Below are positions 30,798 to 45,876 of a stretch of DNA of 64,000 bases, in pieces (within the stretch, counting starts at the first letter, position 1; every line of letters begins with the position of its first letter). The notes below the pieces were generated by a model, which made no database searches, was not told the DNA's origin, and was given only the letters and a program-made list of their open reading frames with translations. Both the position numbers and the translations under genes were made by a program. The stretch spans positions 2,542,001 through 2,606,000 of the forward strand of contig CAVNZM010000010.1 in assembly GCA_963693365.1 (NCBI GenBank), given 5' to 3'. The stretch comes from Amoebidium appalachense. Taxonomy: Eukaryota; Protista; Ichthyosporea.

Positions 30798-32124
30798 GGA
30801 GGGGGGGGGGGGGGGAAGAAAAAGGAGCTGGAGTGGCGGAAGGGGGCCGGGGGGGGGGGGGGAGGGGGGGTTAGGGGTAAGTTATGTTACACAGTATCAA
30901 TGTGGGGTGTTTCATTGTACGCATTGGTGTGTTGATTGAGTTCCAGGGTACGGAGTGGGGCATGAGGCTGTGTTGCACACACTCCCACCACTTCTCTCTC
31001 TCTCCCCCCCCCCCCCCCCCCCCCCCCTCCCCCTCCCCCCTCCCTCCCCCCCCCACCAAAAAAAAAAATTATAAATAAATAAATAAAACAAGAAAGAAAA
31101 GAAAAGAAAAAAAGAAAAGAAAAAGAAACAAAAAAAAGAAAACGAAGAGAAAGAAAAGGGGAAAAAAACGCACACACCGGCAGCACGGATATACTGGTTG
31201 CCAAACTTGCTGAATACCAGCGATGCCATTTGCCTCTGTGTCGAATACCCCCTCAGGAACTCCACCCCCTTGTCCATGCTCTCCCTCAGGCTGCCGCTGA
31301 TGTCAAACACCAAGTCTTGCACGGTGCACGTTTCGGCTGCCTCCCCCCTCGGCGGCTCGAGGAAACGCTGTTCGTCTAGTTGGTTGCTGTATGCGGATAA
31401 AGAAATATCAGAAAGTTAGGAAACAGGGGGGGGGGGGGGGGGGGGGTTATACCACACATGATTTATATCTTGTTTAGTCTTTATCTAGCTGTCTAGGTTT
31501 CTTATTCGGTTAAAGAATTGTTGGTCTAGTTGTGAGGTACCCGATCACAGCGTCACATGTGCGTAGACATCAAACAACACATGTGAAATATAGGAAATAT
31601 AGGATGGTGTGTGAAATGCGAGAAGTAGTGGCAGCTTGGAAAAAAGGCACTGTCGGCCACTTTCTATCCTAATGTTCTCCGTTTAACCCAGAGTCTAACA
31701 AACCCACGCACATTCCAATCGAGCACGGGCCGATCAAAGAACTGACTCCTTTGTTTTGTGTGTGTGTGTGAAATTGCATTTATCTGCATTTGTTTATGTA
31801 TGTACGTGTGTGCATGTACACTTACGTGTGTGGATTTCTCAAGTGTTTGATGCGGATTTCGGACATGTAACCCTGCCCCTGTGTGTTCTCTTCTTATACA
31901 TCACAATCATGATGGAGGGGGTGGAAATGTGCTACTGGTGGAGTTGGTGTGTATGTGTGTGTGTGTGTGTGGTGGTGGTTCTAGGATGTTCTACAGAGCA
32001 TAAAGTACACATCCACAACGGAATACACACCACAAATTGCAATGCACACACCAAGACTATGCCTCGGGGAAGGGGGGTGGGGCGGAAGAGGGAGGGAGGG
32101 GAAAGGGGAGGGCGAGGAGGGGGT

Positions 32125-32159
<35 letters not shown>

Positions 32160-34626
32160 GTATAAGGGGAGGAGGTAAAAGCACATACGACTCGTCATGC
32201 AGGTAGTCAGCCAGGCGTATTGTAGTGCTGCCGTCACCCACTGCCTCCTCAAAGTTTATCCCCGTCTGGCCATTCGCAAACACCACAAACTGGTGCTTAA
32301 GGTACCAACAGTCAAAACCGTCCCTCAGGTGCAGAAACCGCGCCAGCTGATCGGGGCTGTCCGGCTGCCGCTGGTCTAAAAATAGAACCATGGCGGCCTG
32401 CTGAAGAGTCTCCACGCGGGATTTGTTCTCGGCGGATGCTTGTTGGAGGTGTTGGTAGGCCTGGGGGGGCAGAGAGGGGGAGGGGGGGGGGGAGGGGGGG
32501 AAGGGGGAGAGGGAGGGGAGGAGGGGGGGGGGAGGGGAGAGGGGTGGGGGAGGGCGGGAGGGGGGGGGGGGGGGGAGAGAGAATGGGGAGTGGGGAAGGG
32601 AGAGGGGAGGGGAGAGGGGGGGGGGGGAGGGGGGGGGGGCGGGGGGCTTTAGTTATTGGGTATGAAGTCTACATTTGAGAAGGGCAACACGATGCAAATT
32701 AGGCACATACAAAGAGATTACTTTCTTTAAGACAGCCCATCCTTTGGGGGGAGGGGGGGGAGGGAGGGTCAGTCATTCAATCAATGCAAAGAATTGTGCG
32801 AAGATTAGTATTATACGCGGTTGGGGGGTATTGATATACCATACTGGGGGGGGGGAACCAAAGTGTTCCCCTTCCTACCAATTTGCCATCCCTCCATCGC
32901 ATGATGGTTTTCCAGCTAAGGGAACGTTCGGTCTTCCATGCACGCATCAATCCTCGATATTACGAAATCTTTACCGTTGCAATGAACACACCACGCATGT
33001 AAGCGCCACTTGTTCATTCTATTCCCACCCTCTCACAAGCAAGTACCAAAAGCATGGTGTGTATCCTCTCGTCCCTCCCCCCCCCCCCCTCCCTCCCCCC
33101 CCCCCCCCCCTCTCCCCCCCCCCCCCCCCCCTCCCTCCCCTCCATTTTTCGCTTTCCCCTTATCGCGGAAAAGGGAGAAATACATGCGTGGATCAAAGGG
33201 TACACTAACGTCTACCTACTTGTCCACCTCCCTTCAACGTTTTGCTTCCTTATCACACCCATCATATTCTCCTCCCTTCCTCTCTTCCCCCTTCCCCCCC
33301 CCTCCCCTCGCCCCCACCACTATCTCAGTCTCTCTCTAATCGTCTGTACCCACCATCACCACCACCACCATGACATCCTACCTCATATCGCTCTACCCTG
33401 GGCAGTGTAGTAATCGCGCCTAGGCAGGGCCCAGGTCCCGCTGTTTCAGCCCTCTGTTTGATCTCACACACAGCACGGTACAGCGCAGCCAAACTGTGCA
33501 CGTTACCCCTGCTATCATACAGGGGGACAGTGTACATGTTGCCCCGGCACCCAACCACCGCGTGGATCGGGTCGATGGCCATATATTCGCTTGTTTCGCT
33601 CCACGGATGCCTGCCGCGCGGGTGTCTGTATGTGTGTGTGTAAGAGAGTGAGAGAGAGAGAGGGGGGGGGGGGGGGGGGGGGGGAGGGGGGGGGGAGGTT
33701 TTGAATGGCTTTAGTTGGAGTGCAACATGTGAAGGGGATGCAAGAAGAAGGAACCAAGGGCGGGTGGATGACAGACCGGGCAAACCAAGAGGGGGGTAAG
33801 GGTTTTTTTTCTTTCTTTTTTCTCCCCTCAGTTTTTTGGGCAGGGAGGGGTGTCTGGCAGCTCCACAAATGGGTTCTCAGGCCCCCCCCCCCCCCCCCCC
33901 CCCCCCCGCACCGTGTGTTGTTAGTTCGCACAATGCACTGAGATGTTGATCTTCAGGACATGAAGAGGCATACAGAATAGCCGCAAAGACTTTTGGCATC
34001 CAGATTTATTTCACGGCATTCATGCTGCCAAACAAAAACATTGCATTTGTTCTGGGTGTGTGATCACCCGCCATCGACTGACCGGTTTTACAACCGCCAG
34101 CCTGAGGGTACCGGGCGCTGGGACCGTGATGTATTGTGCATACGCTAGATACAACAATAACGAAACCGAAAAGAAGCACCATACAATAAATAAGGAAACC
34201 GTCTGTGGGCTTGTTCGCCTACAGAGGTCAAATGCACAAGGAACAACGATGGCATACCTCTATCTCACTTCTGCACTTGTCAGCAGAAACCCAAGTCGAA
34301 ATGCTTTGTCTGCCTCAACTGTAGTCCTAACACTATACTAAGTACATCGAACGTTATGAAAATAACTAAGAAAAATTTGTATGCATGTAACTTGCAAGTC
34401 ACACATACCTTGTGCTATTTGTGCATATATGTACATACATAGACATCCCTATGTGGATGGGGAATCGACATTTCGACTTTTATATAAACGGTCGAAAATG
34501 GTACTGAGAAGTATTTTCTGCCCATGGGCCCAGAAGACCTAAGAGTGTGGGGTGTTTACGCTGCATACCTACACTGTTACCTTGGCTGCTGCAACTGGCG
34601 AAATGCCATGCCGGCTAGCAAAATGC

Positions 34627-34791
34627 CTAGTCTGTGTTGGTGTTGATGGTGCCCTCCTCCATGATGTTTGCCATTTCCAGCAGACTCTGCTCCAGAGCTG
34701 CAACAATGAAAGTTAGCTCACATACATACCATCAGGTTCCGGGGATGGGAGACATGAAGGGGTAAGAGGGTCAGAGGGAAGTGTGTGTACC

Positions 34792-34871
<80 letters not shown>

Positions 34872-35526
34872 GAATAGGACTTGACGAGCGAGCAAGAAAG
34901 GAAAGGAGGAGGAAGATGCAGAGGGGGCAGAGGAAGCGAGGATCGTTTGAGAGCCCTAGGGAAGAGTGTGCGTTATGGGGGAGGGGGAGGGGAGGGGAGG
35001 GAAAGGGGGGCTGGGGGGGGGGGGGGGGGTTGAACGGGGAGAGAGATAGGTGGGGGCAGGAAGAGAGAGCCAGGAAAGGAGGGCCGCAGTAGAATGCCGA
35101 GGAGCCGGGGGGGGAAGTGGGCGGCGGGGAGGGGGGGGGGGGGGGGGGGGGACTCTGGGATGAATTTGGACACTAATCTACCAATTGAGAGAAATTAAAA
35201 CACCGACCTTGGATGAAGGCCTGGGAGTCAGTCACGTATGCGGGGCTGATGTTGTTGAGTGCGTTGAAGCGCAGGGACGTGCGGTCGATCACATAGCCCA
35301 CCCCGTAGCCGTCATCCACGAGGGGGGCAAACCCGTACAGAATGCAGGCCGAGTCACGGCAGTTGGATGTAAACAGGCGGAAGTGCGTGCTCTCAGTGAA
35401 GGCGTAGTCCGTAAAGAGCTCGGGGAGCTTGATGCCGGATTCTGCGTCAGGAAAAAAAAAAAACAAAGTGTGTGTAAGGGGGACGTGTGTGTGTGTGTGT
35501 GTGTGTATGTGTGTGTGTGAAGGGGG

Positions 35527-35588
<62 letters not shown>

Positions 35589-36269
35589 AAAAGGATGAGG
35601 ATGGAGGGGGGGGGAGGGAGGGGGGGCAAGGGGGGAGGGGGGGAGGGGGGGGGGGGGGGGGGGGGATATAAGGGGGGGTGAGCGAGCAATTTTAGGTCCA
35701 GTCAGCATGTATAGGGCAATGAGTCGGACAGTCTGAACCACCAGAACCATCAAGCTAAACTTGTTTGGGTCTACAATGCACAGCGAGAACTTTGGAAGGT
35801 GGAGGCAATCAGTCCCTTCGTGCATGTATATTTGTCGGGGCTGAACTGTATGCGTTCTTATGTTTAGCAAATGACATTGGGCGATGGGGTGGGTGGAGGA
35901 GAAGGTGTGCAGAAAGGTCTAGAGTGACGGGATGGGGGTGGGTGAGGGATTTTTTCCCCTTTTTTCTTTTCTTTTCTTTTTTTCTTTCTTTTTTTTTTTT
36001 TTTTTTTTTGGGGGGGGGGGGGGGGGGAGGGGGGGGGGAGGGGGGTTTGGGATGAGGAACAACTGGAGGGAGGAGGAGTAGGGAAATGGAAGGAGGAGGG
36101 GGGGGGGGGGGGGGTCCATACCTTCGGCAATAGTTTTCAGGCCCAGCAGGTGCCTATCGACCCCTCGTGCCTGTTTGGCCTCCAGTAGCAGCCGCTTGTG
36201 GGTGTCAATGGCCTTACGTAAGAGCGCTAGCTGCACACCGGGCTATGGGTGGCACGTAATCAGAAGTTG

Positions 36270-36306
<37 letters not shown>

Positions 36307-36584
36307 AAACGCAAGTTGCCTGTTCATCAGACTAATGAACAGCTGGTCTGATCTACAGGAGGGCAGCAGGCATCGGTGATCGGACAATAAACATAAACCA
36401 TATAAATCTGAGAAGGCTACGACATGGGCCTCGAGGCATCCGATGCCCACGCAAGTGCCTTAGGCACCTGTCCATGCCTGGCACTCTAGGAACTATAATG
36501 TACGAAGGAGGTGTGTTGACAACCGACGGCCATCAAGGTCCCCGATCAACCTCCTTCGCACACACCCACACATCGTGCAAGCGC

Positions 36585-36657
<73 letters not shown>

Positions 36658-37243
36658 CCCCCTTCCGAAAAAATTAAAAATAGAATAAAAAAACAACACA
36701 AAATAAAAAAACTACACCCACCCACCCACCCACACACCCACACCCACACCCACACCCACACCCACACCCACACACACACACACGCAGGGGACACCACATA
36801 CCCTCGGCTTTTCCGAGCCCCCGACCGATTTCACAAAGGCCATAACGTCACGTGTGAGGGACCTCAGAGCCTCTGTGCGTGCATGGAGGAAGGTCTTTGT
36901 GGATATGCGCTCGTACACGGCTGTGGGTCGTTTGTGCAGTCGGTGGTAGGCAAGCTGCACCGCTACCTGCACAAACGCATCCGAGTTGAACCCTGGAGAA
37001 GGGGGGAGGGGGCCGGGGGGAAGGGTGGGGGGAGGGGGGGGGGGGGGGGGAGAAAAAGGAGCTGGAGTGGCGGAAGGGGGGGGGCCGGGGGGGGGGGGGG
37101 GAGGGGGGGGTTAGGGGTAAGTTATGTTACACAGTATCAATGTGGGGTGTTTCATTGTACGCATTGGTGTGTTGATTGAGTTCCAGGGTACGGAGTGGGG
37201 CATGAGGCTGTGTTGCACACACTCCCACCACTTCTCTCTCTCT

Positions 37244-37275
<32 letters not shown>

Positions 37276-40131
37276 CCTCCCCCCCTCCCTCCCCCCCCCC
37301 ACCAAAAAAAAAAATTATAAATAAATAAATAAAACAAGAAAGAAAAGAAAAGAAAAAAAGAAAAGAAAAAGAAACAAAAAAAAGAAAACGAAGAGAAAGA
37401 AAAGGGGAAAAAAACGCACACACCGGCAGCACGGATATACTGGTTGCCAAACTTGCTGAATACCAGCGATGCCATTTGCCTCTGTGTCGAATACCCCCTC
37501 AGGAACTCCACCCCCTTGTCCATGCTCTCCCTCAGGCTGCCGCTGATGTCAAACACCAAGTCTTGCACGGTGCACGTTTCGGCTGCCTCCCCCCTCGGCG
37601 GCTCGAGGAAACGCTGTTCGTCTAGTTGGTTGCTGTATGCGGATAAAGAAATATCAGAAAGTTAGGAAACAGGGGGGGGGGGGGGGGGGGGGGGGGTTAT
37701 ACCACACATGATTTATATCTTGTTTAGTCTTTATCTAGCTGTCTAGGTTTCTTATTCGGTTAAAGAATTGTTGGTCTAGTTGTGAGGTACCCGATCACAG
37801 CGTCACATGTGCGTAGACATCAAACAACACATGTGAAATATAGGAAATATAGGATGGTGTGTGAAATGCGAGAAGTAGTGGCAGCTTGGAAAAAAGGCAC
37901 TGTCGGCCACTTTCTATCCTAATGTTCTCCGTTTAACCCAGAGTCTAACAAACCCACGCACATTCCAATCGAGCACGGGCCGATCAAAGAACTGACTCCT
38001 TTGTTTTGTGTGTGTGTGTGAAATTGCATTTATCTGCATTTGTTTATGTATGTACGTGTGTGCATGTACACTTACGTGTGTGGATTTCTCAAGTGTTTGA
38101 TGCGGATTTCGGACATGTAACCCTGCCCCTGTGTGTTCTCTTCTTATACATCACAATCATGATGGAGGGGTGGAAATGTGCTACTGGTGGAGTTGGTGTG
38201 TATGTGTGTGTGTGTGTGTGGTGGTGGTTCTAGGATGTTCTACAGAGCATAAAGTACACATCCACAACGGAATACACACCACAAATTGCAATGCACACAC
38301 CAAGACTATGCCTCGGGGAAGGGGGGTGGGGCGGAAGAGGGAGGGAGGGGAAAGGGGAGGGCGAGGAGGGGGGTGGGGGGGGGGGGGGGTGTGGGGGGGG
38401 GGGGGGGGGGGAGTATAAGGGGAGGAGGTAAAAGCACATACGACTCGTCATGCAGGTAGTCAGCCAGGCGTATTGTAGTGCTGCCGTCACCCACTGCCTC
38501 CTCAAAGTTTATCCCCGTCTGGCCATTCGCAAACACCACAAACTGGTGCTTAAGGTACCAACAGTCAAAACCGTCCCTCAGGTGCAGAAACCGCGCCAGC
38601 TGATCGGGGCTGTCCGGCTGCCGCTGGTCTAAAAATAGAACCATGGCGGCCTGCTGAAGAGTCTCCACGCGGGATTTGTTCTCGGCGGATGCTTGTTGGA
38701 GGTGTTGGTAGGCCTGGGGGGGCAGAGAGGGGGAGGGGGGGGGGGGGGGGGGGGGGAGGGGGGAGGGGAGGGGGAGAGGGAGGGAGGGAGGGGGGGGGAG
38801 GGGGAGAGGGGTGGGGGAGGGCGGGAGGGGGGGGGGGGGGGGAGAGAGAAGTGGGGAGTGGGGAAGGGAGAGGGGAGGGGAGAGGGGGGGGGGGGGGGAG
38901 GGGGGGGCGGGGGGCTTTAGTTATTGGGTATGAAGTCTACATTTGAGAAGGGCAACACGATGCAAATTAGGCACATACAAAGAGATTACTTTCTTTAAGA
39001 CAGCCCATCCTTTGGGGGGAGGGGGGGGGAGGAGGGTCAGTCATTCAATCAATGCAAAGAATTGTGCGAAGATTAGTATTATACGCGGTTGGGGGGTATT
39101 GATATACCATACTGGGGGGGGGGAACCAAAGTGTTCCCCTTCCTACCAATTTGCCATCCCTCCATCGCATGATGGTTTTCCAGCTAAGGGAACGTTCGGT
39201 CTTCCATGCACGCATCAATCCTCGATATTACGAAATCTTTACCGTTGCAATGAACACACCACGCATGTAAGCGCCACTTGTTCATTCTATTCCCACCCTC
39301 TCACAAGCAAGTACCAAAAGCATGGTGTGTATCCTCTCGTCCCTCCCCCCCCCCCCCTTCCCCCCCCCCCCCCCCCCCCCCCCTCTCCCCTCCATTTTTC
39401 GCTTTCCCCTTATCGCGGAAAAGGGAGAAATACATGCGTGGATCAAAGGGTACACTAACGTCTACCTACTTGTCCACCTCCCTTCAACGTTTTGCTTCCT
39501 TATCACACCCATCATATTCTCCTCCCTTCCTCTCTTCCCCCTTCCCCCCCTCCCCTCGCCCCCACCACTATCTCAGTCTCTCTCTAATCGTCTGTACCCA
39601 CCATCACCACCACCACCATGACATCCTACCTCATATCGCTCTACCCTGGGCAGTGTAGTAATCGCGCCTAGGCAGGGCCCAGGTCCCGCTGTTTCAGCCC
39701 TCTGTTTGATCTCACACACAGCACGGTACAGCGCAGCCAAACTGTGCACGTTACCCCTGCTATCATACAGGGGGACAGTGTACATGTTGCCCCGGCACCC
39801 AACCACCGCGTGGATCGGGTCGATGGCCATATATTCGCTTGTTTCGCTCCACGGATGCCTGCCGCGCGGGTGTCTGTATGTGTGTGTGTAAGAGAGTGAG
39901 AGAGAGAGAGGGGGGGGGGGGGGGGGGGGGGGGAGGGGGGGGGGGGGAGGTTTTGAATGGCTTTAGTTGGAGTGCAACATGTGAAGGGAATGCAAGAAGA
40001 AGGAACCAAGGGCGGGTGGATGACAGACCGGGCAAACCAAGAGGGGGGTAAGGGTTTTTTTTCTTTCTTTTTTCTCCCCTCAGTTTTTTGGGCAGGGAGG
40101 GGTGTCTGGCAGCTCCACAAATGGGTTCTCA

Positions 40132-40164
<33 letters not shown>

Positions 40165-40274
40165 TCCCCCCCCCCCCCCTCTCTCTGCCCCCCTCCCTCC
40201 CCCTCCCCCCCCCCCCCGTCCCTCCCCCCCCCTCTTTCTGCCCCCCTCCCTCCCCCTCCCCCTCCCCCTCCCCC

Positions 40275-40331
<57 letters not shown>

Positions 40332-40741
40332 ACAAACCCTCTCTTCCCACATCCTGTCCAACTGATAAAAAGAAAAGAAAAAAAAAAGAGGAAGCAGAGC
40401 AAGTCTAGCGCCAAAAACACCCCGACATATCCCACTCACTTCTGGTATGTGACGACCGAGTCCCTCTCCATGCCGGGCACCCTTGAGCAGCTAAAAAGGC
40501 GGGGGTACTGGGACATGCACAGGGGCACCCCGTCCTGCCTGTCTGGCTCCAGCGCCTCCGTGTCTAGCTGCTGCTTGAACCGTGCCCCGTTGTGAAGGAA
40601 CGCCGCTGCATAGGCACACTGCACGTCCACACCCGGCAGGTCTGTACGTAGCGTGAGTGCCTTCCGTTGACCAAGTAACTATGTACATCACGAGTCACCC
40701 ACCCGCACGCACGCACACACACACACACAGACACACACATG

Positions 40742-40776
<35 letters not shown>

Positions 40777-41020
40777 TGTGTGCCTGTTTACTGGATCCTT
40801 TTGCACTTTTGCATGCACTGTGCCTGGCAGGATACGTCGACATAAAGAAGCAACACCCCCCCCCCCCCCCCCCCCCCCTCCCTCCCCATCTTAATTGCAG
40901 GCATACCCAAAAAATAAACATCAACACGACCCAATCAAACACCTCAACTAGCTGGGTGGAGCGGAAGGAGAAAACACGTGTATCTCTAACTCTTATTTAA
41001 GACCATGGCAGGTGTAGCAA

Positions 41021-41065
<45 letters not shown>

Positions 41066-41399
41066 ATAATTTGAAGGGGTTTGAGAGCTGGGGAGGGAGG
41101 AGTGTACGTAAATGTGTATTTTGAGGGGAAAAGAAGCAGGAGGGGGGGAAGGGGGGGGGGGGGGAGTGGGGTAGTAGGGAAGGGTAACACGTCTACCTTT
41201 AAGGGGTTTGAGAGCAAAGTAGTAGTTGTAGTCCAGCAGGGATCTGCTGCTCATCAGATACATGTCATCGTACCACCGCTCAAGCCATGACGGCTGCCGG
41301 GGGTCTGCTGCTCTCTCCTCTAGCATCTTCTGGAGCTGTGCGGAGTCAAGAGGAAATGGTCAAAACTTATACTAACACCCTCTTCCCCCCTCCTCCCCC

Positions 41400-41430
<31 letters not shown>

Positions 41431-41698
41431 ACCCCTCCCACACACACCTCTTTTCGCCCGACACAAAGGAAAAGGATCCCCCCCCCCCCCCCCTCCCCTC
41501 CCCCTCTCTCCCCCCCCCCCCACCCCCCCACACATAACACACAAACACTCGAGAGTTCCCGGCCGAACACATCAATAAGAACAGCTGTCTCGTTGACTCG
41601 CACAAAAACCTCCCCTTTTCCCCTCCTTTCCCCCCCCCCCCCCCCTCTCTCTCCCTTTCTCTCCCTCCTCCCTCCCCCCCCCCCCCTCTCTCTCTCTC

Positions 41699-41757
<59 letters not shown>

Positions 41758-43009
41758 ACACACACACACCGTCGCCACCACCACCACTACCACCACCACC
41801 GCCGCCGCCACCACCGAACCCGCACCCCCCAGCTCAAACCCACACACAACGAAAAGGAAATAAGCAAACAAACACATTGATCCAATAATGTAGTTGGGAA
41901 AACTAATATGATAATTATAATAATAATAATAATAAATAAAAAATCCCTTAAGCCAACCTTCGCTCCAGCAGCAGGCAAAGCACCATACCGTCTCTCCCAG
42001 GCCGCCAGGGCGTGCAAATGTCATGACGGCCGACTGGGTGCTCCGCAGTTGGTCCCGTGTAAGTAGTGGCTCAACACTCACCACATAGCGCTCTAGTGTC
42101 TCCCTCAGGCTCTGTACAAAAAAAAATGGCGCAGCATGTGTCAAAAATCTGAAGTGTCAAAAATCAGGCTCTGTCACAAAACAGCACATGTACTGGAAAG
42201 ATATTGAGAAACAAACAAGGCTCAGCACGTGCATGGGAAATAATGTACATTCAAGCGGGCACTCGGTTACGCTAAACTAAGTTCCAAAGTAAAGCATGTT
42301 TTTTTACCCACCCAACCACCAGCACCACCACCACCACCACCACTCACCTACCCCTTTCCACTCTTTCACCAACACCTTCACTAGCAATCATTCCCCTTTC
42401 CCTCGTTAGCCTCTTCCAGACTGGACCACATACATTCCGTTCAAACATGACTTGCGCCCTCCAACCACTTTGTCTGCCCCCCCCCCCCCCCCCCTCCCCC
42501 CTCCCCTCCCCAAAAAAATCAACACACCGGAAGGGAGAGGGGCGGGGGGGGGTTGCATGCATGCCACAAAACTCCCCCTCCCAAGAAACAAACCCCGTCA
42601 CGGCTTTTATCGATTGCCGCGGGGCCCCTTCTGCCAAGCAACAAAAACCAATACGGCCTTGATCAACTAGAGTCAGCTGGTACATAAGCCTTCAGCGTGC
42701 AACTGCATTGCATCCGACCCAACAAACCATTTCATTAACATCCCCTCCCCAGCGCCAACACCCCCTTGGCTTACAAGAACTATAACACTACATAAGGAAA
42801 CATGACAGGGGACGCTGTGGGGTGTTTCCTACAGGTATTGGCAGTCTTGGCAGCTGGAACTGTAGGCTGTATGTCGACGTCTGTGTGTGCTGGGGGTGGG
42901 TGTGCCCTGGTTGCTTGGCCACACTGTGTGTGCACCTGTGGGCGGATATGCACAGCGACACTGCACCGGTGCGTGGGTGTGCAAGCAGCTGTGCATGCTG
43001 TGTTTATAC

Positions 43010-43060
<51 letters not shown>

Positions 43061-43197
43061 CGGTGGGTGTGGGTGGGTGTTAGTGTGTGGTGGCTGGGTG
43101 GGTGGGTGGGTGGGTAGTTGTGGGTGGGTGTGAGTGTGGTGGCTGGATGGGTGGATGTATGCCTGCTCGTTTATGCGGGGTGCATATACATAGGTCC

Positions 43198-43237
<40 letters not shown>

Positions 43238-43290
43238 GTGTGTGTGTGTGCGTGCGTGTCCGCGCGCACATGTGCGTGTGTGTTGTGTGT

Positions 43291-43337
<47 letters not shown>

Positions 43338-43856
43338 GGTGGAGAGGGGGAGGGTGTGAGAGTGCATATAATGTGTGTTCTAGGTGCTCACCGCATGAGT
43401 TGAGTGCCGAGTGCTATGTGCATATTGTGTCATATGGGATCAAAACCACTTCTGGTGCAAGAAACTACACTTTATATCACACCAGCCCTCCTTTTAAAAC
43501 GTGTAGCCTCTAGCAAGGGAAAAGGAAGAAGGAGGGGGGCTGGAAAAGGGAGGGCTTGGAAAGAGGGGGGGGGGGGACTGGAAAAGGGAGGGCTTGGAAA
43601 GAGGGGGGGGGGGGGGAAGGAGGAGGAGGACATCGGGGTGACCGGGGGAAGTGAGGGGGCGGGGCGGGGCGGGGGGGGGGGGGGGGGAGGGGGGGGAGGG
43701 GGGGGGGGGGGGGGGGGGGGATGAGGGGGGGGTGGTGCGGAGTGGGGAGGGAGAAAGGCGCAGGAATGGGGAGAAATACAGGGAAGGAGGGAGTGAGGGG
43801 AGGAGTGCGGGGTATGAAGGGCGGGAGGGAGGGAGGGGGTGGGGGAGAGGGGGGAG

Positions 43857-43923
<67 letters not shown>

Positions 43924-44210
43924 GAGAGAGAGAGAAGGGGGGGGGGGGAGGGGGGGGAGGGGGGGGGGGGGGGGGGGGAGGGGGGAGAGAGAGAGAGAGA
44001 GAGAGAAGGGTGCAAGGCAGTGAGGGATGGGAGAAGAAAGGGGTGAGAAAGAGGCAGGGAGGGAGGGATGAAGAGAGATGCGGACCGTGAGGTGCCAATC
44101 GTTTGGTAAAAAATGGATAGAGTAAGAAACGCATGAATCTAATACAGACATCCATCACTCACCTTCCGACCACATAGCGTCAAGGCAGGAAGCCAACCTG
44201 CGTGGGCCAT
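34627..44210 (-). CDS. Carnitine/choline O-acyltransferase family protein (CPT2/CrAT-like), ~12 exons; catalytic His replaced by Glu
   Basis: Exons: 44163-44210 [16 protein letters not shown]; ~42832-42988 ...[14 protein letters not shown]; ~41988-42113 SLRETLERY; ~41197-41335 [11 protein letters not shown]; ~40440-40640 [18 protein letters not shown]; ~39630-39865; ~38440-38712 [11 protein letters not shown]; ~37425-37632; ~36801-36992 [16 protein letters not shown]; ~36121-36230 GVDRHLLGL; ~35208-35447 [14 protein letters not shown]; 34627-34698 ending at TAG. Confidence 0.92.
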
Positions 44211-45876
44211 CCTTCCTCTACCTCCAGGCTCTAGAACCTCGTCTGGGGTGCATACTACCCGGTTTAGAAATGAAAACGAAACTTTCACACCTGTCCTTGC
44301 TCATAAAAGATGCAAGCTGAGGTGTGGTAGCCGACGCCGTTGGCAACAGCTCACTAGATCTCGTCTATGCCCAGCTGGAAGGGCAACTTCTACGCAAATT
44401 AAACCTGCCAAGCCGCCACAAAACTTAGCTGGGGTTACCAGTTTCTAAAAGGAGGTTGAGTTTGGGTGTCTACACAGCTCGTAGACCTATCATTGAATCA
44501 AACCACTACCACTATATGTATAAAGTAGGTGCTACGGAGGTGCTACGGATGGTCGTGCCCTATATTGACAGGTAACCCCAGACCACAGTAAGGAACATCA
44601 ACAGTGAAACGTCGAGGAACTCCTACACTCACTAATTCAGAAACCAAAAGTCAAGCCGATTCGAAACGATCAATCCATGCCATGGTTTTAAGCTTTGGAA
44701 GAACGTCAACGTGAGACATGGGGCCGTAAAGGTAAGTTTCTCAGCCCTGCGGCCGGTGTGCGCGATTCCGCGATCCGGCGCGCGCGGCACACTGACCAGT
44801 CAGCTGTGATTTCGGCTTCATAGTCTTGAAACAAACAGGACTGGACACATTGAGGGACCGTGAAACCTCCTCCCTCCCTTCCCTCTCAGCTCAAAAGAAG
44901 CATGTCTTATGAAATTTCATGATTCAGCCTCCCACATGCACAGGCCCGTGCACTTTTACATCAAATGAACAGTATTGCGTGCACGGTTTGTTTGAGAGGT
45001 CTGCAGTGTTCCTTGCCAGTAACGCCATATGGCTTGTACACTTGCCGCGTTCATACCTTAACCTCCTGCCTTGCAAGTAGAAAAAACAACCGGCACAGTC
45101 ATGATATAAACACACTTGAGTCAAAAGGGAATACTTACAAAGTGCGGGCTTGGGGCGCTGCAGCCGCAAGACAAAATACACATGATTTACTCGTTATCTT
45201 CCCCTCAGGGGTTACTTTATTACTTAGCTACAGAGCTGCTATAGCTACAAACTGCTACAGACTATAGGCTAGCTCTCTCTGCAACACCTTCTACTAACCT
45301 CCCTGATTCTTTTACGTGAGGGGCTTGGGTACTTACAAGAGCATATGCATTGAGGACGTCCTCCGTCCCTTTTATATCTTTATATGCTAGCCGAATAGCC
45401 GCATATTTTGCTTTTAGACAACGTAACAAGTAAAAAAGAAGAAGGGAAAAAAGAATGAAAAGACAATGTTTTGCTGGATGTCAAAGCCATAGCCGAAGTG
45501 GGAAGGAACATACTCGGTCATATACGCTTGTCGGCATGGTTGCATCCGACGGCAGCGGAGAGGATTCACATTCTGCAGTGGGTATCTGTGTCAGCCTGCT
45601 ATCATAATACAATGTCACCAGAATAATTTTTTTTATGTCTAGAAGAAAACTAGCAGCACGAGAGAAGCCTGCTTATCTGGCAATATGTGTGTTACAGTGT
45701 GTGTGTGTGCGCGCGCGCGCGCTTGCAAGTTGGGGGTGGGTCTGCCAACCAAAGTGCCCAACAAATCCTAGCGACACGCAAGGTCGACCATTGACTACAC
45801 CTCAAGTTCACTCAAAGAAGAACGAGAGAACACCCGAGGGGGGGGGGGGGGGGGGGGGGGGGGGAAGGGGATCTTC

